A DNA stretch of 64,000 nt from Bugula neritina (lineage: Eukaryota; Animalia; Bryozoa), in the NCBI GenBank assembly GCA_964035545.1, contig OZ037768.1:3318741-3382740 (forward strand), in the 5' to 3' direction. This document shows, piece by piece, positions 38,001 to 51,300 of the stretch (position 1 is the first letter of the stretch; each line of letters opens with the position of its first letter). A program made the position numbers and the translations under genes. The notes below the pieces were generated by a model. That model worked only from the letters and a program-made list of their open reading frames with translations. It ran no database searches and was not told the origin of the DNA.

Positions 38001-41000
38001 TCACAGTTACCTCTACCAGATCGCACACCTGGGGGATGATGACGATGAGCCGGAGTTCAGCAGCAGCATGCCTCTGGAGGAGGGCGTCACCTTCTTCTTT
38101 GACCCCAGAGCTCTGAGGAACCTGGTTCTGGTGGATGAGCTGGACAGCCTCGCCCCCATCATGTCCTGTCAGGTGTGTCTGTCTAGTAGTCACTCTCTCT
38201 ACTAGTCACTCTCTACTAGTCACTCTCTCTACTAGTCACTCTCTACTAGTCACTCTCTCTACTAGTCACACTCTCTTTACTAGTCACTCTCTACTAGTCA
38301 CTCTCTCTACTAGTCACTCTCTACTAGTCACTCTCTCTACTAGTCACTCTCTACTAGTCACTCTCTCTACTAGTCACTCTCTCTCTACTAGTCACTCTCT
38401 CTACTAGTCACTCTCTACTAGTCACTCCCTACTAGTCACTCTCTCTTTACTAGTCACTCTCTACTAGTCACTCTCTCTACTAGTCTCTCTCTACTAGTCA
38501 CTCTCTCTACTAGTCACTCTCTACTAGTCACTCTCTACTAGTCACTATCTACTAGTCACTCTCTCTCTCTCTACTAGTCACTCTCACTACTAGTCACACT
38601 ATCTACTAGTCACTCTCTACTAGTCACTCTCTACTAGTCACTCTCTCTCTCTACTAGTCACTCTCACTACTAGTCACACTATCTACTAGTCACTCTCTAC
38701 TAGTCACTCTCTACTAGTCACTCTCTACTAGTCACTCTCTCTACTAGTCACACTCTCTACTAGTCACTCTCTACTAATCACACTCTATACTAGTCACTCT
38801 CACTACTAGTCACTCTTCTCTGACTGGTAACTGTAATTTTTGTTCTGATGCTTTAGATTGCTGACTTGGCCAATGAAGACACCCCGCAGCTGTATACTGT
38901 GTGTGGAAGAGGACCTCGAAGTACGTTCAGAGTGCTGCGCCATGGACTAGAGGTTTGTTGACCTCAACTCTGATGTATTCTCTTGCATTGCTAGCTCGTT
39001 ATGGAGTTTATTGCTACATCTCATCTCCTGTGAATTATTGTAGGTGTCCGAAATGGCCGTCTCTGAATTGCCTGGTAACCCCAATGCTGTCTGGACTGTG
39101 AAGCGTAACACTGAAGGTGAACCACGTCACTTTACTCCACTGTCATGTTGTCTGTGCAGCTTTTCTAGTCTTCAGTTGTGATACTTTGTTTTCGGTTATT
39201 GGCAATCAGCGTTTGTGTTTTAATTCAGTGAAATACGTCACTTTTACTTACATTCAAAACTGTGGCCTCTAAGCATGAAGCGAAATTAGAGTTAGCTTAG
39301 TGGTGAAATGGTTGGGCCCCAAAGTTCTTTTTTTTCATTTTGCTGCTTCTGCAACCACTTACAGCTTTGAAAGCATCTCGCAATCCACTTATCTGCCCTA
39401 TTATATCCCCTTGAAACTATTTAGAGTCTAATTTTTAATTTTAATTTTAATTTAAATATTCAACATGTAGAGTTGTAGTCTTTTTGCGAGGCGTATCTTC
39501 AAATTAGCTCTGTGAAGTCACCACCTGCACAGCAGGGTTTATCAACCAAGTTCTACTAGTGCTTCCAGTATTAAAACTTGACTGCAGCTCCTGTATAGTA
39601 TTATTACACCGAGCTACCTATAATCGATTCATACAAGTACACATTTACAATGACTTACTTATCTGTGCGCTCCTTCAGCTAGTATGTCGTAAGTTCTAAC
39701 ATCAGGGAGAGGCCTGTCTTGAATGCGACATGCACTGTCCAACTCTTGCCCTAGTCCAACAACTAACAAGGCTGGCGTTTGGTTTCAACCTAACGCCAAG
39801 CCTTTTCTTTTTGTAGGCGCAATGAGGGCAAATGGGCAGATGTTATAGTGAAGATCAGGTTTGTGTAGTATGATAATATTCTTACACTCCTGTTATTATA
39901 CTGACACCCGTATGACCATGCTTGAATATAACACTACAATAGATGTAGACACCTTAGTGCAGGTTACATGTATCTCATCCATCTATTTGTAGAGGAGTAC
40001 GATGCCTACATCATTGTGTCCTTCGTCAACGCTACTCTCGTCTTGTCTATTGGTGAAACGGTTGAGGAAGTGACAGATTCGGGCTTTCTCGGGACAACTC
40101 CCACACTTTCATGCTCACAGCTGGGTGACGACGCCCTCTTGCAGGTCTGTGGTCTCTACTGAATGACCTTCAACTTGCATTGCGTCTCTCATTGAGAATT
40201 ATATAGTGTAATGAATACTCGATGTTGTAGGTCTACCCAGAAGGTATTCGTCACATTAGAGCTGATAAAAGAGTGAACGAGTGGAAAGCTCCTGGAAAAA
40301 AGTTGATTGTGAAATGTGCAGTTAACCAGCGCCAGGTTAGCTATGCTATACCTTCTGTTTGTTGTGTTATAATATATCAGGTATTCACTAAATTGGACTA
40401 ACATTCTGTTACTAAAGTGACCAACTTGTGTCTCGCAGGTTGTTATTGCTCTGACTGGCGGGGAGCTTGTCTACTTTGAGATGGATCCTTCGGGGCAGCT
40501 GAATGAGTACACAGAGAGCAAGGAAATGTCCAAGGACGTGGTGTGTATGGGTCTGGGGAGAGTTCCAGCTGGCGAGCAGCGCTGCCGGTTCCTGGCTGTG
40601 TGTCTGGCAGACAACACAGTGCGAATCCTGTCTCTGGATCCCTCGGTATGTATGTCAGCCAGCCTATTCTCTACTCGTATGCTCTGCTCTGCTGTACCAC
40701 CTCTCTGCCATATACTGAGTCTACTGCATCACATTGTAGGACTGTCTCTCGCCGCTGAGCATGCAGGCCTTGCCAGCTGCCCCTGAGAGTATCTGTGTCC
40801 TTGACATGTCCACTCAGTCTGACAGTAAAGAGGAGGGAGAGGGTGGACTCTACCTCAACATCGGTCTGCAGGTTGGTTCTTAGTCTAGTAATGTTACAGG
40901 TACACTGTCCTCACGCAGCAGCCGGTATAATGTCTTATTGTATGTTACATAGAATGGTGTACTGCTGAGAACAGTGTTAGACAAAGTAACCGGTGATCTC

Positions 41001-44000
41001 CCAGATACTCGGACGCGGTACCTGGGCACACGCCCCGTAAAGGTCTTCAGGATTCAAATGCAAGGCTCCGAGGCTGTGCTGGCCATGACTTCGCGCTCCT
41101 GGCTTAGTTACTGGTACCAGAACCGGTTCCACTTGACTCCCCTGTCCTACGAGTCGCTGGAGTACGCGTCTGGTTTCTCCTCCGAGCAGTGTCCAGAGGG
41201 TATTGTGGCCATCTCCGCCAACACACTGCGGTTAGTAGATTCTCACTACTTGTCTCTCTCTCTCCCCCTCCCTCTCTCTCCCCTCTCTCTGCTACTTAGT
41301 CCAGTAACTGGTCTCATCTGAACATTCTCAACTCATGTCTTGTGCCTGCAGGATTCTGGCGCTGGAGAAGTTAGGAGCCGTGTTCAACCAGGTGTCTACT
41401 CCCCTGCAGTACACCCCACGCAGATTCGTTATCAGTCCAGAGACCAGCAGCCTAGTCATCATAGAGACAGACCACAACGCATACACAGCTGAGACGACGC
41501 AGCAGCGCAAGCAGCAGATGGCAGAGGAAATGGTGGGTGTGCTGTGTGTACACACTGTGTGTACAGTACTATACTGTGTGTACATTAGTATACTGTGTGT
41601 GCGCTAGTAAACTGTAGAACTGCTGTTGAACAGTTTTCAGTAAACTCTGTCTCTGTTGACAGGTAGAAGCAGCTGGAGACGAACAGCAGGAGCTGGCAGC
41701 TGAAGTAGCTGCTGCCTTCCTCTCAGAAGATCTGCCCGACAGTCAGTTTGGAGCCCCGAAGGCGGGCAAGGGTCTCTGGGCCAGTAACATCACCATGCTC
41801 AACACCAGCACCTGGCAGACTGCCCACACCATCAACTTGGAGCAGAACGAAGCAGCGTTCAGGTACGCGACTTGATGACCTGTTAGCAGCATCTTATATG
41901 CTTTTAGTTTTAGAAACAATTGCTTTATATGAGAGATATTCTAAGTAGGGGAAAAATATAAACAATAGATTCTAAATCTTAGTTTCATTATTTTCATTAT
42001 TATTTCAGTCATCTCAGTTTCATTATTATGGATAAATTGTTTTCTAAAGATAGCCGTTATGTGACATAAAACTAAGTATAATATTAGTAAAACTATCAAA
42101 CATTTATTGTGTGGTATTTTATTGATATTCCATCCAGGTTTCATGTTGTTATTCATTCTGCATCTGCTAGCTGGATTTGGTAAGCAATAACCAGGACAGT
42201 GTTTTCACGGTGATGTCATGTGTTTCAGCATCGCCGTATGCAAGTTCGCCGGACAGGGTGAGCAGCAGTTTGTCCTTGTGGGTGTTGGGAAGGACCTAAT
42301 TCTCAACCCCAGGTCCCACTCAGGTGGCTCCATACACTGCTATAAGATACTCAACAACCAGCTGGAGTTGGTACACAAGACGCCAGTAGACGATATCCCA
42401 GGAGCCATCTGCCAGTTCCAGGGCAGGGTGCTTATCAGCATCGGCAAGCTGCTCCGTATCTACGACCTCGGCAAGAAGAAAATGCTGAGGAAGTGTGAGA
42501 ATAAGGTGAGCAGGCTTTCTGGTGAAGTACTGCGTATTAACCCTGTTTTGGCTCACACTGCTGTATCAAAGGGGTTGAACTAGTTTTTTAAGTGAATGAA
42601 CTCAGCATTGTCAACCTCATATCCAATTTCCAACACTTAGTCTTGATTGAAAATCCAACAATTGATTGAGTAAAACCACAAAATTGTTTGCACATTCATG
42701 AGTCTCTTACACTGTATGTTTCTGTTTTGTGGTCAGGCAATTCCAAACTACATCACCAATATAATGACCATGGGACACCGGGTGTACGTCACTGATGTCC
42801 AGGAGAGCTTCCACTTTGTGCGCTACAAGAGACAGGAAAACCAGCTGATCGTGTTTGCCGACGACACCCACCCTCGCTGGATCACTGCGGCGTGTAAGCT
42901 GGACTGCGACACGCTGGCTGGGGCAGACAAGTTCGGCAATGTGACAGTGGTCAGTTCTTTGTATATCAGCACTGTGTTTTCAATTATGTTAGGCTTTACT
43001 GCCATCACAAAAATTGCCATCACATTGCATGTTTTAATAGTGTGTTTTTGTCTCTAAGGCATGCAGTGCTATCAGATATAATTATCAATCTAACATATTT
43101 TAGTGTTGAAGGTTTGTTTACAGCTTGGAATAGCAAGTAAAATTTTTTAAGGCCAAGTGTGAAGTGTTATTATGTTCCCAACTCTCCCGAGAGCTGACAT
43201 TTCTGCTGTGGCAGTGTTAGTAACTGGTCGCACGTGTTCTCCAGTAATCGCATTTTCGAGTTTCATCTTCCACACATTACATAATTCAGGGGATATAATG
43301 TTGGCTCTTCTGCTAATTATAGATTCGTCTGCCCACTGATGTGAGTGATGACGTAGACGAAGATCCTACGGGCACAAAGGCCTTGTGGGATAGAGGGTTG
43401 CTGAATGGCGCAACACAGAAGGCGGCGTGCTCAGTCAACTTTCACGTTGGAGAAGTCATCACGTGTTTACAGAAGAGCACGTTGATCCCCGGTGGCTCAG
43501 AGTCACTCGTGTATACTACTTTGTCCGGGGGCATCGGCATGCTCGTCCCTTTCACAACAAACGAGGTAGGTTTTGCTCTAAGGCTATCTTTTAATTTCCT
43601 GCTGTTTCTTGACTGTTAGGCTTTCAGTTTTTGCAGTTTTCATATGCCTTCTGTCTGGTGTTGCAGGACTATGAGTTTATGCAGCATCTGGAAATGCATA
43701 TGAGATCGGAGTTACCTCCCCTTTGTGGCAGAGACCACATGTCCTACAGGTCTACTTATTACCCTATAAAGGTGAGTCGATCATTGAGGTGTGTCTTGTG
43801 TGCGGTACAATGCTGCGGCATAACTCTCTATTATAAAGTTGCTCTGCCGTGTGGGTAATCGGAAAATCTAATATGTGGCACACTATATTCTTAGACCATT
43901 GTATTCTGTCTTCTGCTGTGTAGAATGTGATAGACGGAGACCTTTGTGAGATGTACTCCTCACTAGATATCAGTAAACAGAAGAGTATAGCTGGCGAGTT

Positions 44001-44245
44001 AGACAGAAATCCATCTGAGGTATCTACTTGTTACGTTCATCTCTACCTTTGGTATTTAGTGCCATTAGCACCTCCTGTGTGAATGCTGTTGAAATAACAC
44101 AGGCTTGGATAACTAATAAGTGACCTTGTTTTTGTTGTGACATACTAGTTGTATAAGATCAGCCATTTCTAGCTTTATCTGTTTCTCTGATATTTTGTAG
44201 GTATCTAAGAAGTTAGAAGATATCAGAACAAGATATGCTTTTTAA
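35094..44245 (+). CDS. SF3B3: Splicing factor 3B subunit 3 (SAP130), ~1211 aa, 22 coding exons
   Basis: Exons 35094-35319, 35551-35627, 35731-35997, 36230-36371, 37337-37587, 37813-37916, 38007-38172, 38857-38952, 39044-39116, 39993-40144, 40231-40335, 40439-40645, 40740-40871, 40953-41230, 41352-41532, 41663-41862, 42229-42505, 42737-42949, 43323-43565, 43667-43771, 43924-44019, 44201-44245. Starts [12 protein letters not shown]...HGNF, contains [19 protein letters not shown] and ends [20 protein letters not shown] at ~44383. An acceptor at 35083-35084 implies a non-coding first exon, probably ending at ~34387. Confidence 0.98.
36361..36950 (+). repeat. 25-bp minisatellite, 24 copies, unit GYTTATAGCAG|GTRYGTTGTAGTGT, spanning the SF3B3 exon 4/intron 4 junction
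   Basis: Units start at 36361+25n up to 36936 (last unit partial); the first unit contains the real donor. Confidence 0.97.
38186..38815. repeat. 14-16 bp minisatellite (ACTAGTCACTCTCT[CT])n in SF3B3 intron 7
   Basis: About 40 units, each with the ACTAGT palindrome and a variable (CT)n; it begins ~14 nt after the donor. Confidence 0.95.
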
Positions 44246-45301
44246 TCCGCAGTTTCCATGCTGTGCTTATGTATATAATATGTGTCCAATAGTAACTATT
44301 GCAAGTCTTTGTATTATGTATTGGTTTATGTTGAACACAACTTTTTTATTGTTTGCTACAACTAATGTAAAATACTATGTATAATAAATCTAATAGCTGT
44401 CACACAGAACTAAACTAGTTTTATTTGATGTGTCATTTTTAGTACAAATCAGCCAGTCAAATAAATTTAATGAGTTTGCTAGAAATGTGTGTTCTTGTCT
44501 AAACTTATATCACCTCATGGTTTCTGCATTTAACCAAAAAGGAGATTTACATAAATTGATATTTATCTGTATTAAACAATGGGTGCTTCTTGCATTTTTC
44601 TGGGAGCCATGTATTAATAATGATAGCCTGTTCCTAGTCTAATGTAGTGTTATAAAAGTGAAATAGTTAATCTTTCCACTGGATTCTGGTTATGCACCCA
44701 GTATGAGTATTTGTGCTGGATTTTCGTCCTGGTCTTTTGGGCGCTTTCTTGTTATTTGTTGAAAATAATTTAAAGAGATAACTATTAAAGTCATGTACTG
44801 ATTGTATAGTATAGTTTATTTTGTATGTATACTCTTGTTGCTTGTTTTGTGGCCTCATTCAAAAGTTTTTATTTGTTGGTAGCGAATAGTTGAAAACACT
44901 TAGGCATTTTCTTCCATCTGCTGTATAATGTCAGGGTCTGTTGAAATTTTTCATTAGCTACTATTTTTGCGTTTCAGCCTGCTTTCGTTGGTTGGGTTGT
45001 GATGCATAAGAATTTATAATTAATCGGTCGTCATTTTCGCTTTCGGGAGCAATAATATAATAATAATAATAGTATTATGTACACGATGGTTGTCTGTGTG
45101 CAAATCGCGCGAACTGCGTTAGTTTGCGCGTAGCTAATCAGTAGTAATAGATAGTAGGCTTTTGTAAAGATTAATAGTAGTAGTGAAACTAAATGGCGGA
45201 AAGGTGTTTCAGTTTGATTCCGTCAGAAGTGCTGTGATAAATAAGTTGTCGACAGAATGAACTGTTGCAATTAATCACCTGCATAATATTGAAAGAATAA
45301 T

Positions 45302-48300
45302 ATGGAGATTAGTCGCAGAAAAACCGAGTCTGACTGTACGATAGCTGGGCTCTATGATTTGAGCGAAACAATTGGAAAAGGCCATTTCGCAGTTGTAAAG
45401 CTTGCAAAACATGTTTTCACTGGAGAAAAGGTTGCAGTAAAAGTTATAGACAAAACAAAGTTAGATCCTGTTTCTAAGGAGCATTTATTTCAAGAAGTTA
45501 GATGCATGAAACTTGTTCAACATCCTCACATAGTTCGACTTTATGAAGTGATAGACACTCAAACCAAACTCTACCTCATTTTGGAATTAGGAGATGGAGA
45601 CATGTACGATTACATCATGAATAATCATGATAGGGGACTAGATATTGATACTGCTAGAATGTACTTTACACAGATTTTAGAAGCAATATCTTATTGCCAC
45701 GATCTCCACGTTGTACATAGAGACTTGAAACCAGAAAATGTTATATTTTTCGAAAAACTAGGTATAGTTAAATTGACAGACTTTGGATTTAGCAATAGGT
45801 TTGAACCAGATACTAAGCTGGACACATCATGTGGCTCTTTAGCTTACTCTGCTCCAGAAATTTTACTGGGTGATTCTTATGATGCGCCTGCTGTTGGTAA
45901 GTTTAAATAATTTCCTTAAAGTAGAGATGATTCATTTTGGCTTTTAGTTTTCGCCTCTGGAATCTTGACTTAATTTCCTAGTACTAGTAGTAGTAGCACT
46001 GGTCCAATAATTGAGTATATTGCCTCTGGGCTCTGTGTAAATGACTGCCTGGTCCATTTCAATTTGTTTGCTCTTTTAACTAAAAAGTTCTTCAGGCTCA
46101 GTGAATATTTTTAATTGAAGTTTATTTTCTAAGTAAGACTAAACCACTAAATTTTCACTTTCAATCTGCATTCTAAATTTGGGAAGTTAGCTTTATAAAT
46201 ACAAATGTCTAATTCAAACTTTTGCTCAGTATTTAATTTCTCTGTAATTTTTTTTATTGTTCATGCAAGGTGTTCAACAGGGTTAAATTATGCAGGGTTA
46301 AATTTAATCGGTATCTGTAGTACAAATTAGTACTAGTAGGGTTATGAAACTACATGGAAGCTAACCTTTGTAAACCTATAGGTTTTAAGAATTGCACGTG
46401 TGTTCTTTATTCTGCTTATTTTATACTGGTACTAGCACCACTAATATTGTTACTGTTGCCACTATTACCACTATTATTTCTATTATTACTTCAAATACCA
46501 ATAGTACCTACTATTATTAATACTACTACTACTACTACTATTACTATTACTACCATTGCTGCTACTACTGAGTACTGATATTACCATTACCTACTATTAC
46601 TTTTATTCATCAAATAATTCACACATTAATGTTGTAGATGTTTGGAGTTTGGGTGTCCTCTTATATATGCTAGTCTGTGGTGATCCACCTTTTCAAGAAG
46701 CCAACGACAATGAGACTTTGACCATGATTATGGACTGTAAATATCGCATTCCTTCTCATGTGGATAAAGATTGTGCGAAGTAGGCCTAATCTTTCATTTG
46801 AAACCTGACTTTCATTTTCAATGTGGTATACTTTGTAGTTGAATTAATATCCGCAATGCAACTTATCATTAGCATTTGCAATCTCTTAAAATATTAGCTA
46901 ATCTGAAGAGTAGGCTTCCATAGAAAAATTAGCTCAGTAATAGCATGCATTTTGCCTGCAGTCATATTCTTTGCTGCTTCAATTAACTAGTGTTTGTGTT
47001 GGCCTGCAAGCTACCTGCAAGCATTTAATGACTGCAATTTATTTTTAAAAAATATTGAAGATATGATATTGGACTCTGTAGGTTGTTATTATGTTTTTCA
47101 ACGTATATTTAGCTGTATTAATAATACATGTGCCAGTTGTTTGCACTGTAATTATACAGTCATAATGTTTCATAATTATCTATACAGTTTATCACCTGAG
47201 GAAAGTTCACTTGTTAGTAAACCATGTGGACTTCACTTCATTTTTTGCCACTTTTTCATTTCTTTGTATGTTAGAAATTGTGAGATTTACCAATTCTGCC
47301 CAGCATATTATTTTTTGTATTGCAAAATTATATTCTGTATTGCTGAAAGACAAAAACTTCAAAAGCAAAACTACTGTGAATATACCATTCACCCTGGCGC
47401 AGTTCATGGCACACGTTTGCCCTCGCGTGCCTTTTTAATAAATTAATGCTAGTTGGTTGAAGATCATTGATAGATTAATAATTCCCACAGAGTTTCAATC
47501 CATGTCTTATAAATCATTTCAATAGAATTTTTGCACTGGGAAAAATCCAAGCAGCTGACTTTAGAAATTTGTATTCATCTTGTTAAGCTGCCTGATTTGC
47601 ACAGCAGGAATTTTTATGTAAGTTAATGCCAAGTTTGTCTAATTAATTCAATTAGGTGTAATCGGCTAAACAGGGTAGCTGGTAGTGCAGTACTAAAATT
47701 GTAAAGCTGTCTTATATTCCTCTGCAGGCTAATCACATCCATGCTTAAAAGAGAGCCAAAGGAAAGAATAGGTTTAGCAGAGATAGTAAGTCATCCGTGG
47801 ATGAACCGGGATGGTAGTCAGTGTTGTGAGAACTTGCTCTGCACATCCTTAGTTGGCAGAGAGCACGTAACTCCAGCAGACCATAATGATATTATAGAAC
47901 GCATGGTTGATGGAGGCTTCCCTAACAAGGCCGAGATTCAAAGGTATTGGCGGAGTTATGGGTGCACTGAGCATGCTTGTATACTGTGAAAAGGTCAATG
48001 CAGTAGTTGCTACAAATACTCCTTTATATTAATAGGAGTATTAGTAGCAAAATCACTTGACCACTGATGCTATGCTATTTGAGTGTATTTGTCTAGTTAT
48101 GACCTTCACCTTGTGTATCATGTTGAATATGATTTGTAGAGCTTTAGATAACAACGAATACTCCAACCTCACAGCCACTTACTACTTACTCGCAGAGAAG
48201 AGACTAAAGCGACTTCACGCTGCAGACGTGAAAGCCTCCCCCTCTATTAAAAGCAGACCAGCTGAGAGTACAGCCTGGCCCCATAGGTTAGAACATAGCA

Positions 48301-51300
48301 TCTCTACACCAGACGACAGCATCTTTTACGGCAGCACTAGGTACACCAACTCCTTCAAGAGACCGGCAGCTATTCGGCAGCTATTCGGCAGCTATAGTTA
48401 CCTGATTTCTACTCAATATAGTAACCCTGTGTCTGGTGCTACTGTGTTGTACTGTTTCTACACTGTTTTGATTAGATTTCATTTCAATTTCACCCCCTAT
48501 TCAGTTTCTCTCCCCCACAATGCATACCAGTCTCAACTGTCATTGAAATGTCATTGATTGATGAATCTATGCATAGTATATCACATTGACATCACTAAAC
48601 CCTTGATTGCTTCTCATGATTTCTCAGTTTGACTCCAACTTTCTAATCAATATTTAGGCAGCCAGAGTAATAGCTGTCACTTGCAAGACGTGAATAGCAG
48701 GCTGTGCCATAAATTTATTCCATCCATCTTATTCCTAGCATTGTCGTGACATGTGAACTACAAGCCAGTTGTAACCATGACCCCAACTAACATCTCCATC
48801 ATCTCTCCACACACACAGTTACTATAGCAATGCTGCTGCTGTTGCTACTCTTGTGGCATGTTGTAGTGTACCTAGTGTAGCCTTAAAACTACACTAAACT
48901 ACTAACAGTAGGGAAGGTTTCAGTCAACCACCCCTACATTGGCATTTGTTGGGCTGTTTCTGTACTGCAATGATTTATTCATGCATGAATGTTAACACAG
49001 TTTATTTGGTTATTGCTTCTTTAACAATGTATTCCAGTTTACTTCTATCAACCCTTTTATTTCTTCTAAACAAGCTTCTGATTAATTAGCTTTGATACAA
49101 AGCCACTATTGTTCATCTCAGAATGTGCTGCGTGCATTTCTTTACTTTGCAATTAATAATCCTACAAAATTAATATTAATAAATGTATAAGTATTCATTT
49201 TACCTCAACTGTATATGAATTTAATAAGTCACTAAGGTAAATACATGGTTGATGTTGAATAGTTTTTCCTAGTCCACAATGTAGGTGTCTAAAGTGTGCA
49301 GGTAAAACGGATAAGGACGACAAGCAACATGTGTTCAGTTTAGTAAGTGGTTGTTACAGTGACGGCATCAAGTCTAACACGCTGCCAAAGAGCGCACCTC
49401 ACGACCGAACAGATGCTCCTGTCGTCTTTCCCGACAGCAACATCGGCATACAACACTCTGACATGTTTGACAGTCTCCCCAGGTGTGTGTATACTGTGTG
49501 TAGTATTGTATACTGTGTGTAGTATTGTATACTGTGTGTAGTATTGTGTACTGTGTGTAGTATTGTATACTGTGTGTAGTATTGTATACTGTGTGTAGTA
49601 TTGTATACTGTGTGTAGTATTGTATACTGTGTGTAGTATTGTATACTGTGTGTAGTATTGTATACTGTGTGTAGTATTGTGTACTGTGTGTAGTATTGTA
49701 TACTGTGTGTAGTATTGTGTACTGTGTGTAGTATTGTGTACTGTGTGTAGTATTGTGTACTGTGTGTAGTATTGTATACTGTGTGTAGTATTGTGTACTG
49801 TGTGTAGTATTGTATACTGTGTGTAGTATTGTATACTGTGTGTAGTATTGTGTACTGTGTGTAGTATTGTATACTGTGTGTAGTATTGTATACTGTGTGT
49901 AGTATTGTGTACTGTGTGTAGTATTGTGTACTGTGTGTAGTATTGTGTACTGTGTGTAGTATTGTGTACTGTGTGTAGTATTGTGTACTGTGTGTAGTAT
50001 TGTGTACTGTGTGTAGTATTGTGTACTGTGTGTAGTATTGTGTACTGTGTGTAGTATTGTGTACTGTGTGTAGTATTGTGTACTGTGTGTAGTATTGTGT
50101 ACTGTGTGTAGTATTGTATACTGTGTGTAGTATTGTGTACTGTGTGTAGTATTGTATACTGTGTGTAGTATTGTGTACTGTGTGTAGTATTGTGTACTGT
50201 GTGTAGTATTGTATACTGTGTGTAGTATTGTATACTGTGTGTAGTATTGTGTACTGTGTGTAGTATTGTATACTGTGTGTAGTATTGTGTACTGTGTGTA
50301 GTATTGTGTACTGTGTGTAGTATTGTATACTGTGTGTAGTGTTGTGTACTGTGTGTAGTATTGTGTACTGTGTGTAGTATTGTATACTGTGTGTAGTATT
50401 GTGTAATGTGTGTAGTATTGTATACTGTGTGTAGTATTGTGTAATGTGTGTAGTATTGTGTGTAGTATTGTGTAATGTGTGTAGTGTGTAAGCAGGCCTA
50501 GGGTTCAAAGCTTGTGCAATTTTCATGCATTCCAGAGATGATGTAATTTCATTTTCTGTATAAGTTGTGTCTACATCTTTTGTGATTGGTTGAACAAGCT
50601 GTTCTAATGATGTTCATGAAGTTATCTGTATGCAAGGCATAGGAATGATGACGTGAAATATCTATGTATACCGACAGAGTAGTGGATAGTTGAATGAGGA
50701 ACTATCCATGTAATCTAATCACACTGCTCCTCCTTATTTCACACATTGATAATGTAGATCAATATTCTCAGATTGTGTCCTAATTGTTATCAAATTGGTG
50801 ATCAAACTTTGTGTAACTGTGAATGATATACTCTCGATAAAGTACTGTGAAATACTCTACATTGCCTAATATTTGAATCAAGTACTGCATGGGTGAGATA
50901 CAATGACACTGGAAACATAGTCTAGACTGTGTATACTGTATAACATGTTATGTTACGTCTGCATCACCTCTCACACGTGTCCGTGTTCCAGCAGGAAGTT
51001 CTCTCTAATCAACGAAGAAGAAGAGGAGGAATCTGACGAAGATGATTTGAGGTCAAATGTCATCAGCGTGAAGGAGACAAAATCCTCGCAGGTTAGCCTG
51101 TGTTTCTGACATTAGTGTGTAGCTAGATAGGGGAGGGGGGTGTTTTACCCTCACTGCTGGCTATTTAACTTCTTGTTTTTCTTTAACTAGATTCAATATT
51201 TTACAAGAATAGATCTTTAAAGGATAGCCTTTACCTGTAGCCTAAGATACCACCTAGTGTGGTGCAATGAGACAGTATCCAAGTCTAATACATCCCCATT

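Noticed and set aside
38135-38407. ORF with repeated [10 protein letters not shown]
   Set aside because: Read-through of the intronic ACTAGTCACTCT repeat.
44020-44030. GTATCTAC donor as a U12-type intron
   Set aside because: It lacks the RTATCCTT consensus and a TCCTTAAC branch site; I saw no U12 intron in the gene models.
44667-44858. 63-aa minus-strand ORF between SF3B3 and SNRK
   Set aside because: No recognisable domain or splice structure, and the length is within chance expectation.
49399-50526. 375-aa repetitive minus-strand ORF
   Set aside because: Artefact of the 19-bp tandem array, antisense within an SNRK intron.
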